Part shown: positions 9,913 through 17,650 of the stretch, in pieces
Position numbering within the stretch: the first letter of the stretch is position 1
Layout of the letters: every line of letters begins with the position of its first letter
Origin: Bacillota bacterium
Lineage (GTDB): Bacteria > Bacillota > Clostridia > Acetivibrionales > DUMC01
Length of the DNA: 64,000 bases
Direction of reading: 5' to 3'
Assembly: GCA_013314855.1 (NCBI GenBank)
Contig: JABUEW010000002.1
Coordinates: 13,511 to 77,510, forward strand
Made by a program: the position numbers and the translations under genes
Notes under the pieces: generated by a model
What the model was told of the DNA's origin: nothing
The model's input: only the letters and a program-made list of their open reading frames with translations
The model's database searches: none

Positions 9913-10652
9913 TAATACAAACCTCTTATCCTTTCTCTGTATTTGCTTATATAATAAGCGTTATGCTCATCGCCTCCCGGTACATTTGCACTCATAAAAA
10001 CCGGTGGCTTTTTCCCTTTTTTCAGAAATTCATTAACAACACTAATAACCAGCTTCTGGGCTATGTAGATTCCCGCTATTGATGAAATTGCTCCAACCTT
10101 TTGCCCATATTCTTGAATCTCTATTGACGCATCATCTCCTTTTATGCAGTTATCAATAACATAATCGGCAATATCCATAAGTTTTTTACCAGATGCATGT
10201 CTTGGCTGCAGCGAACTTGACAGACTTACAGATGTGATGGCTATAACCTTCAGACTATTTTGCTTACAGAGAAGAGCCATCTCCACCGGTACTGAATTTA
10301 TCCCGGAGTTTGATATAATAAGAACGGGCTCTCCTTTCTTAAATCTTACGCTTTCAAAAACTCCAGCTGCATATCCTGAAAGACGCTCAACCTTTGTACT
10401 CTTGAAAGCTCCTTCATGAAGCATAAGTACAGGATCAAGTATGGGGTTTACCGGCACAAGTCCACCTGCTCTGTAGAACATTTCTTCCACAATCATATGG
10501 GAGTGCCCTGTAGAAAAAACATGCAGCAACCCTTCATTTTCTATAGCTTCACTTATTATCCTTCCTGCTTCTCTTATTACCTCGCTTTGTGTTCTTTCTA
10601 TTTCATTCAAAAGATCAATTACAACCACCTTGAACCTGCTTTCATCAATCAT
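9912..10652 (-). CDS. SIS-domain protein (single-SIS, UPF0309-like), copy 1
   Basis: HVFSTGHSHM...YRAGGL and ISNSGIN motifs. Start set at MIDESRF (ATG 10652) because a GGGGGG RBS lies 9 nt upstream and this RBS context is conserved in the decayed paralog at 13017. This gives 246 aa, the same as copy 2. Confidence 0.75.
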   Translation of the reverse strand: MIDESRFKVVVIDLLNEIERTQSEVIREAGRIISEAIENEGLLHVFSTGHSHMIVEEMFYRAGGLVPVNPILDPVLMLHEGAFKSTKVERLSGYAAGVFESVRFKKGEPVLIISNSGINSVPVEMALLCKQNSLKVIAITSVSLSSSLQPRHASGKKLMDIADYVIDNCIKGDDASIEIQEYGQKVGAISSIAGIYIAQKLVISVVNEFLKKGKKPPVFMSANVPGGDEHNAYYISKYRERIRGLY

Positions 10653-10773
10653 TATATTTACCCCCCTCTTAGTATACATTGATGGGTTCTTTTCAAAAAT
10701 ATTCACTTTATGTAATTTTTAATTCTTTTGTAAGGTTGTAACGAAAATTTTTTGCTATTCATAAAACTTTTAT

Positions 10774-10792
10774 TGGTATAAATATAATACCA
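10774..10792. promoter_or_regulatory. Inverted repeat TGGTAT-N7-ATACCA in the 368-nt gap inside the sugar locus; candidate GntR/HutC operator
   Basis: tggtataaatataatacca has perfect 6-nt arms. It lies upstream of the SIS1-kinase1-MBL-695aa sub-operon. TGGTAT also occurs in the two repeated motifs flanking the gntR gene. Confidence 0.35.
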
Positions 10793-11020
10793 CAAATACC
10801 CATATTAACCGCATTTCTACATTTGTAAGTATAACTCCAAGAATTTTATTGTAAATTTTTCATTTATACATATATTATCCCATAATCGTATTCTTCAGGT
10901 ATATATCTATATGGTGTAATTTTGTTTCTACTTAATGGGATACAGAGGCAGGGCAAAAATAACTTCAAACCCTTTACCTGGCACTATACTATCTGGAATT
11001 TGGAGAAAGATATCTACTTT

Positions 11021-11761
11021 CTAGTATCCATATTTCTCATAATTTTGCCAGGACTCGGTGTTAATTTTACCAGCATTTTCTATATGGTTGCTTACATATA
11101 CACTGGGCTTTTTGCCTCTTTCTAACATTCTTTCTACCACTTCCGCCTGTAATGCCCACATTATATAAGCAGCAGCTATACCACTGGATGGACATATAGA
11201 TTTGCCCAGTTCTTCTACTTCTACCAGTGTATCCCCAATATTACTGCAGTTATCGAGGACATAATCGCACACTTCGAATAATTTTTTCCCACTTGGGTGC
11301 TCTGCCTTAAGACTCTTTGAATACTCTATTGAAGTCAGCGCAATTGTATGCACTCCCATCTTCCTGGCTTCTAAGGCCATTTCCACAGGCAGTATGTTCT
11401 TTCCTGAGACAGAACCTATTAATAAAACATCTCCCGCCATAATGTTTGACTTAAAAAGAATAAATTTAGGAAGTCCTTCGATCTCATCCAGATAAACTTT
11501 CTTTTTACCAGTAATGGTTCTCGGCCTGGTCGGGTTGTTAACATCAACTGTTATATATACTGGCCTTACAGCCATCATTCCCCCGCTCCTGCCGATGCCT
11601 TCATGCATCAACATATGTCCCGTGTCAAGAAGGTGCCATACTCCATTATTGCAAAGCGATTCAGCTATAACCTCCGAGCACCTCTTTATAGTTTCAATTT
11701 GTGTCTTCTCTATCTTTTCCAGTACTTTTTTCATGTTTTCAAAGTATAGATTTGCAAGCAT
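11021..11761 (-). CDS. SIS-domain protein, divergent subfamily (copy 2)
   Basis: 246 aa. Same architecture (LLDTGHMLM..., GSVSGKN, HPSGKKL shared with copy 1) but much lower identity to copy 1 than the two kinases show to each other. Confidence 0.7.
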   Translation of the reverse strand: MLANLYFENMKKVLEKIEKTQIETIKRCSEVIAESLCNNGVWHLLDTGHMLMHEGIGRSGGMMAVRPVYITVDVNNPTRPRTITGKKKVYLDEIEGLPKFILFKSNIMAGDVLLIGSVSGKNILPVEMALEARKMGVHTIALTSIEYSKSLKAEHPSGKKLFEVCDYVLDNCSNIGDTLVEVEELGKSICPSSGIAAAYIMWALQAEVVERMLERGKKPSVYVSNHIENAGKINTESWQNYEKYGY

Positions 11762-11771
11762 CTTATCACCC

Positions 11772-12746
11772 TCAACTGTTAATCATATATTTTTTATAAG
11801 AATCATGCAGATTCTTTAAAATACTCTCACTTTCAATATTAATTCCCGATTCAATCATTGCAACCAGCAGTGAACCAACTGCAGGCCTTAACTTTGGAGT
11901 TCCTACATTTAGACAGTCACTGATTTTTTTTACTTCCTCTGTAAAAGGTTTCAAAATCAGTTCACCAAAGTTACTTATGCCACCTGTTAAGACAACATCA
12001 TACTCTTTATCATACATGTTTAACTTTTCTACTATAACTCTAACATATTCGGCAAGGTGTTTTGCTGCATTATTTATAATTTCAATTGCAACGACATCAC
12101 CGTCTCTTGCTGATTCGTGAACAATTTTACTAAGGCTGCTTATGATACTCCTGTTACATTCCTCGGAATAAACTTTTTTTCTTAATTCAGTTACTTCCTT
12201 AATACCAAAAAAGTCTAATACCTTAGGAGTAAGAGTAGTCTTCAAACCTGTCTCTTCATATTCCTTTATCACAGACTTCAAACACAAAATTCCTATGAAA
12301 TACCCGCTTCCCTCATCTCCAAGAATGGGGCCCCAGCCTCCTAATTTATGCTTTTTACCTTCTCTGTTGATTCCTAACGCAAAAGAACCAGTACCACTCA
12401 AGACAATTATCCCATATGGCTTTAAAAGCGCACTATAGAAAGCATTTAAATCATCACCGAAAATACCAACCTTTTTGCAGTATTTCAAATACTCTGATTC
12501 TACTTCACTTTTATATAGCTTTATCCCTGGAATACATACGGCGGCATACTCAATCTTTTTATCTCCGCCAATATCCTGAAAAGCTGAACCAGCCGATTCT
12601 CTTATTGTTTCCATTAACTTACTCTTTTCGGTAAAAAGAGGATTTGACGGTGCACCGACATATCTGCCTATTATATTACCTTCTTCATCACATATGAGGG
12701 TTTCTGTTTTTGTACCCCCACCATCAATACCTAGAAATAAACGCAT
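11772..12746 (-). CDS. BadF/BadG/BcrA/BcrD-family sugar kinase, copy 2
   Basis: 324 aa, the same length as copy 1 and apparently gap-free against it by eye. Motifs GIDGGGTKTE, LSGTGS, GGWGPILGDEGSG and LTGGI. Confidence 0.8.
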   Translation of the reverse strand: MRLFLGIDGGGTKTETLICDEEGNIIGRYVGAPSNPLFTEKSKLMETIRESAGSAFQDIGGDKKIEYAAVCIPGIKLYKSEVESEYLKYCKKVGIFGDDLNAFYSALLKPYGIIVLSGTGSFALGINREGKKHKLGGWGPILGDEGSGYFIGILCLKSVIKEYEETGLKTTLTPKVLDFFGIKEVTELRKKVYSEECNRSIISSLSKIVHESARDGDVVAIEIINNAAKHLAEYVRVIVEKLNMYDKEYDVVLTGGISNFGELILKPFTEEVKKISDCLNVGTPKLRPAVGSLLVAMIESGINIESESILKNLHDSYKKYMINS

Positions 12747-13017
12747 TAGTATAAACTCCTTATTTTCTTCTTATACTTTTCGATCAATTTGGCATTATGT
12801 TCATCTCCATCTAGATAAGACCGCCCGCCCTGTAGAAAAGCTCTTCAGCTATCATATGCGAGTTCCCGGTTGAAAAAACGTGCAAAACACCTTCATTGCT
12901 TAAAGCCTGACTTATTAACGCACCGGCCTTTTCTATATTTTCTCGCTGTGTAGTTTCTATCTCGTTTATCAGGTCTACTACTACATTGTTAAACTTGCCC
13001 TCATCAAATATATTTAA
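12746..13017 (-). pseudogene. Decayed third SIS gene: start codon lost, large internal deletion, frameshift
   Basis: The minus strand reads (no ATG) NIFDEGKFNNVVVDLINEIETTQRENIEKAGALISQALSNEGVLHVFSTGNSHMIAEELFYRAGGLI*. A different frame then reads DGDEHNAKLIEKYKKKIRSLY*, which matches the C-terminus of SIS copy 1 (GGDEHNAYYISKYRERIRGLY*). The TAATG junction with kinase 2 is retained. Confidence 0.8.
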
Positions 13018-13035
13018 CCCCCGGTTGTTATATTT

Positions 13036-13063
13036 ATGAAGAGCCCTTTTCAGAGCTCTTCAT
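13036..13063 (-). terminator. Hairpin after the SBP gene (attenuator or partial terminator)
   Basis: ATGAAGAGC / GCTCTTCAT form a 9-bp stem with a 10-nt loop. The downstream U-tract is weak. Confidence 0.35.
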
Positions 13064-13076
13064 AAAGGTTTATGGA

Positions 13077-14417
13077 CTATTCACCTGCCAGTATTTTATT
13101 TCCCTGTGTTTCAATTGCAGCTGCCACTTCATCTACACTCTTCTGGCCGGCAAACAGGAATTCCATTTCTTCTCTCCACATCTTGTAGAAAGCCGAACCA
13201 TATAACAACGTTCTGAAAGGAACTGCATATTCGAGTGAATCAATCAGGTGCTTATTATCAGGTCTTGCAGCAAGGAAACCGGATGTATCAACCTGCTTGC
13301 TGGCCGGCAAGCCCATTTTCTCATTGAGCACAATCTGCTGTCCTTCCTTGCCAGACAGGAACTCAAGCAATTTCCATGATGTCTTGGGATCCTTTACGCC
13401 CTTAGGCATGCACCATGTATTAACGAAAGCATGTGAAACCTTCTTGCCATCATTACTAACCGGAAGAGGAACTATTGCATATTCAACAGGAGGTGTAGCG
13501 GTATCAAAATCGAATGATGCTGAAAGACCTCCAATTGTCATTGCAACCTTTCCTGCAACTACCGGGGCAGTACCTGATGTTCCAAATTGCTCTGCTTCTG
13601 CAGCGGTAGGCATTACCTTGTATTTGAAAATCAAGTCATGCAGGAACTGCATTGCTGCTTTTGATTCTGGTGTGTTCATCATAACCTTCTTTCCATCTGC
13701 TGAAACATAGTCCCCCCCGAAAAGCAGGAACCAGTCATAAAAAGGATCAGGATACAGTTTGTTATAGTATCCCCACTGTACAGGTTTTCCATTCTCTACC
13801 TTTGTCATCTTTTTGCAAATGTCAAGGAAGTCGTTGACGGTCCAACCTGGCTGCGGTAGCGGTATACCTGCGTCATCAAACATCTTTTTATTGCAGAACA
13901 TAACCATTGTTGTTACGTCTCTTGCAACAGCGTAAAGCTTACCCTCGATTGTCAATGCATTCAGAACAAGAGGATAAAGGCTTGCTTTATATTCATCAGA
14001 GACATATGGAGTGAGGTCCTGAATTGCACCTGCATTTGCATATCTTGGTACCTGGTCCATCGCAAGCATCATTACATCCGGCATGTCTCCTCCGCCAGCA
14101 ATAAGTGTAATAACCTTGTCTGCATATCCTGAACCAATCTGAGTGAATTCGATTTTCATATTCGGATTCAGTTCTTCGAATTTAGCTTTTAGGTTCTGCA
14201 AAGCTGTAGACTTTGTGGCGTCCCACCATGAAAGCACCTTTACCGTTATTTTTTCAGCAGGCTGGCTGGTCGTGGCAGCAGCATTATCAGTTCTTCCTGT
14301 TGCTGCACTGTCATCTGTGTCAACCTTCTTTGACTGTTGTACACATCCAATTAATGTGAACAGCATAAAGCATACGAGCATTAAAGTTACAAGTTTTGTA
14401 AACAACCTTTGTTTCAT
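13077..14417 (-). CDS. CUT1-type sugar ABC transporter substrate-binding lipoprotein
   Basis: Signal peptide with lipobox LIGC followed by a Ser/Thr/Ala-rich linker. Family-1 SBP length and layout. Confidence 0.85.
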   Translation of the reverse strand: MKQRLFTKLVTLMLVCFMLFTLIGCVQQSKKVDTDDSAATGRTDNAAATTSQPAEKITVKVLSWWDATKSTALQNLKAKFEELNPNMKIEFTQIGSGYADKVITLIAGGGDMPDVMMLAMDQVPRYANAGAIQDLTPYVSDEYKASLYPLVLNALTIEGKLYAVARDVTTMVMFCNKKMFDDAGIPLPQPGWTVNDFLDICKKMTKVENGKPVQWGYYNKLYPDPFYDWFLLFGGDYVSADGKKVMMNTPESKAAMQFLHDLIFKYKVMPTAAEAEQFGTSGTAPVVAGKVAMTIGGLSASFDFDTATPPVEYAIVPLPVSNDGKKVSHAFVNTWCMPKGVKDPKTSWKLLEFLSGKEGQQIVLNEKMGLPASKQVDTSGFLAARPDNKHLIDSLEYAVPFRTLLYGSAFYKMWREEMEFLFAGQKSVDEVAAAIETQGNKILAGE

Positions 14418-14609
14418 ACAAATCCCCCTTTTAATTTAATTTTTTTGATTTGTTTTACTGCTTGGGCTTTATACAAATGCTCTACTCAACAAATGTGAAG
14501 ATGCTCTGTTATCGTTTTTGAGTATCGCCTTTTATACAAAGTCCCAGTAAAAGAGTTTTATAATAAACCCCATTAAGGGTTATTATCTGATTTCTTACCT
14601 ATTTAGGCT

Positions 14610-15464
14610 TTATTGTCCTCCCAATCCGGTATTTACAACTGTCCTTATAAAATATTTCTGGAAGACAAGGAATATTATAATTGTCGGAAGTATTGCTATC
14701 GTTGACCCCGCAAGCACTATGCCCCAGTTTGTATTTACAGAGCCCTTGAGATATTGGAGTCCTACCTGTATGGGCATTTTTTCATAGGTGTTCATTACAA
14801 TCATGGGCCACAGAAATTCATTCCACTTTCTGTTAAAGGACAGGATTGCCACCGTAGCCAATGCGGGTTTCGCATTAGGTAATATAATGTTCAAAAATAC
14901 CCTGAAACGTGAACATCCATCAATTATTGCAGCAGCCTCCAAATCCTTCGGTATTGATAGAAAATACTGTCTTAGAAAAAATATGTTAAATATATTACCA
15001 CCGCTCACCAGTGAAGGTACTATCAGGGCTTCATATTTGTCAATCCAGTGAAGTATACGCATGATTATAAAATTTGGGATTAGTGTTACATGTCCGGGAA
15101 TCATCATTGTGCCCAGGAGCATAAGAAAGATTATATTTTTCCCTTTAAAGTTTAGCCTTGCAAATGAATATGCGGCCATTGACGCCAGTATTATCTGCAA
15201 AACAGGCACAAAAGTTGATAAAAATAATGAGTTCAAAACAAATCTTCCAAATGGAAGCAGTTCCACAACTCTTTCATAATTGTAAGTGGTAATCGGATTT
15301 GGTATTAAATTAAAAGGATTGCCGTTATACAGCTGTGCCGTAGTTTTGAAAGAAGCGGTAACTCCCCATATAAACGGATAAATCATAGTAATGGATAAAA
15401 CAGTCATAACAGAATAAAATATTATACTCCCAACCTTTATTTTCAAAAAATTCACCTCCATCAA
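14610..15464 (-). CDS. Carbohydrate ABC transporter permease (MalG-like)
   Basis: Six predicted TM segments. EAA-loop-like LEAAAIIDGCSRFRVFLNIILP. Confidence 0.85.
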   Translation of the reverse strand: MMEVNFLKIKVGSIIFYSVMTVLSITMIYPFIWGVTASFKTTAQLYNGNPFNLIPNPITTYNYERVVELLPFGRFVLNSLFLSTFVPVLQIILASMAAYSFARLNFKGKNIIFLMLLGTMMIPGHVTLIPNFIIMRILHWIDKYEALIVPSLVSGGNIFNIFFLRQYFLSIPKDLEAAAIIDGCSRFRVFLNIILPNAKPALATVAILSFNRKWNEFLWPMIVMNTYEKMPIQVGLQYLKGSVNTNWGIVLAGSTIAILPTIIIFLVFQKYFIRTVVNTGLGGQ

Positions 15465-15493
15465 CAGGTTAATATTCTACATAAGCCATCTCA

Positions 15494-16441
15494 TCACTGC
15501 TGCTCTTTCTTCCTTCTCAGCCTGAACTGAATGAGAGTCAAAACGAACAGTATAGCAAATAATATCCATGCCAGAGCAGAGGCATATCCCATTCTATAAT
15601 ACTGAAAACCGTTATAATAAATATAGTACAGCAGTGTATTCGTAGAACCTGCCGGTCTTCCCTCAGTCATAACAAAAATTGCTTCGAAAATGTTAAACGC
15701 CTCTATTATTAACATAATGGTCACAAAAAACGTTGTATTAGAAAGCATGGGAACCGTAATATATCTGTATTTCTGCCACTTCCTGGCCCCATCAACTTCG
15801 GCCGCCTCATATAGAGTTTCGGGTATTGTTTGTAACCCGGCAAGGAACATTATCATATAATAGCCACACATCTGCCATATTCTCATAATGATAAGAGCAG
15901 GCTTTGCCCAAACCACGCTTTGAAGCCACATGGGTGTATTTGTTATGCCTATTAAGTGGAGCAGAGTATTTATCAGTCCATTGGTCGGGTTTAGAATCCA
16001 GAGCCATATCATCGATACAGCTATTGTAGATGTAATATTTGGTATGTAAAACGAAACCTTAAAGAAGCTGGTAAGTTTATTTACCTTTTGATTTATAGCT
16101 ATTGCTGTTAACATTGACAGTATAAGGACGGAAGGCACCAATCCTATAACAAAATAAACGGTGTTATACATGCACTGCCAGAAGGATTCATCCTTAAATA
16201 CCCTTATGTAATTCTGTATCCCTATAAAGACAGGCGGGGTTAATAGGTCCCATTTTGTAAGGGATATTACCAGAGAATATATTACAGACCCTGCAACAAA
16301 AACCAAAAACCCAATAAGTATTGGAAGAATAAACAGCCATCCAGTTATAGTCTCCTGTTTTTTTAGACTGATATGTATTTTGCCTGAAAGCCTTGGCGTA
16401 GTTGTAGTTACCCTACTATTTTCTCGGTTCAGCAGGCTCAT
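15494..16441 (-). CDS. Carbohydrate ABC transporter permease (MalF-like)
   Basis: EAA loop YEAAEVDGARKWQKYRYITVPML. Multiple TM segments. Confidence 0.85.
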   Translation of the reverse strand: MSLLNRENSRVTTTTPRLSGKIHISLKKQETITGWLFILPILIGFLVFVAGSVIYSLVISLTKWDLLTPPVFIGIQNYIRVFKDESFWQCMYNTVYFVIGLVPSVLILSMLTAIAINQKVNKLTSFFKVSFYIPNITSTIAVSMIWLWILNPTNGLINTLLHLIGITNTPMWLQSVVWAKPALIIMRIWQMCGYYMIMFLAGLQTIPETLYEAAEVDGARKWQKYRYITVPMLSNTTFFVTIMLIIEAFNIFEAIFVMTEGRPAGSTNTLLYYIYYNGFQYYRMGYASALAWILFAILFVLTLIQFRLRRKKEQQ

Positions 16442-16574
16442 AAAATTATCTGCCCCTCCTCAATTTTAGTTATAGGTTTTATTTACAGCCTTCACCTGAT
16501 AAGATCAATTTACTTTTTCATTAATAATTATATACTTAAAACTACCTTAAGCATATGGAAACTTTATACAGTTT

Positions 16575-16608
16575 ATTATGTTGTCATGGTATTATGTTAT
16601 TATAACAA
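16575..16608. promoter_or_regulatory. Candidate GntR operator/promoter motif, copy A (upstream of the transporter operon)
   Basis: attatgttgtcatggtattatgttattataacaa contains the palindrome TGTTATTATAACA (GT-N-AC type). On the minus strand it contains TGTTATAAT (extended -10). A near-identical 34-nt motif occurs at 17461-17494. Confidence 0.5.
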
Positions 16609-16688
16609 CTTTGTGTAAAAATTTTCTCTTTAAATACAATTGCTGGTTTCCATATGACAACGATAATTAACTCCTTTTTTTCATCCTC

Positions 16689-17423
16689 TCATCTATATAA
16701 GTCAACATAAAACTTATATTTATCTCCTCTGTAAACTGATTTTACATACTCAAGTGGTGTGTCATTAGATGTATATGTCACCCTTTCAATAATAAGAGCT
16801 TGTGTACCGGTCCTTACATTAAGAAGCTTTGCTGTTCTTTTATCAATAAACCCTGCCTCAATACTCTGCCTTCCTTTTTTGATAGAGATATTGTATTTTT
16901 CCTGTAAGATTTTATAAAGCGAGCCGGTTAAATCATTCTGCTCAATGTCGGGGCAAAGGAAAAAAGGTATAAATACATTTTCCAGAGAAAGAGCCTGCTT
17001 ATTAGCATATCGAACTCTCTCAATCGAATACACCTTGACGGAAAGATCAATATTAAGCTTTTCTGCAACATCGGACGACGGGTTGCATATTACCAGCGAC
17101 AGTAGTTTGGTACTCGGCTCCAATCCCTTACTTCTCATCTCCTCAGAAAAACCTTGAAGAGAATTCAGCTGCATATTCATTTTATTCATTTTTACATAAG
17201 AGCCTTTACCTTGCTTTTTAACTATATATCCTTTATTTGTTAACCCCTCCAATGCCTGTCTTGCAGTTATCCTGCTTACATTGAAAAAATTACAGATTTC
17301 CTGTTCTGTCGGAAGCTTGTCGCCTTCTTTTAACTCACCGCTATCAATCTTTTCTGCAAAATACTGTATTATTTGCAGATATCTAGGTGTAAGTTCGCTA
17401 ATATTTATACCGATTTTATTCAC
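16689..17423 (-). CDS. GntR-family regulator, HutC/NagR-like (wHTH + UTRA)
   Basis: N-terminal LPTEQEICNFFNVSRITARQALEGLTNKGYIVKKQGKGSYV wHTH. C-terminal effector domain of UTRA length. Confidence 0.8.
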   Translation of the reverse strand: MNKIGINISELTPRYLQIIQYFAEKIDSGELKEGDKLPTEQEICNFFNVSRITARQALEGLTNKGYIVKKQGKGSYVKMNKMNMQLNSLQGFSEEMRSKGLEPSTKLLSLVICNPSSDVAEKLNIDLSVKVYSIERVRYANKQALSLENVFIPFFLCPDIEQNDLTGSLYKILQEKYNISIKKGRQSIEAGFIDKRTAKLLNVRTGTQALIIERVTYTSNDTPLEYVKSVYRGDKYKFYVDLYR

Positions 17424-17460
17424 CCTCCATTGCTCTAAGATAGTTGCGTAAGAAAAAGTA

Positions 17461-17494
17461 ATTATGTTATTATGGTATTATGTTGTCATAACAA
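17461..17494. promoter_or_regulatory. Candidate GntR operator motif, copy B (upstream of gntR; autoregulation)
   Basis: attatgttattatggtattatgttgtcataacaa equals copy A with its two sub-sites swapped. Confidence 0.5.
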
Positions 17495-17650
17495 GTTGTC
17501 TTAAACTATACCTTATTTAAATGATAACACATCCGCATTCCGAAGTCAATAATTTTGTGTTAAATTTGTGTTAAAATTTTTGGCAAGCCTTCATTCCATT
17601 CTTTGGCAGGAGTGTTGTAAATCATTTTATTGCTCATAAGAATTCCCCTT

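Noticed and set aside
13077-16441. Absence of an ABC ATPase gene in both CUT1 transporter loci (also 52689-55865)
   Set aside because: This is normal for Firmicute CUT1 systems, which share a separately encoded MsmX/MsmK-type ATPase. It is not evidence of a defective transporter.
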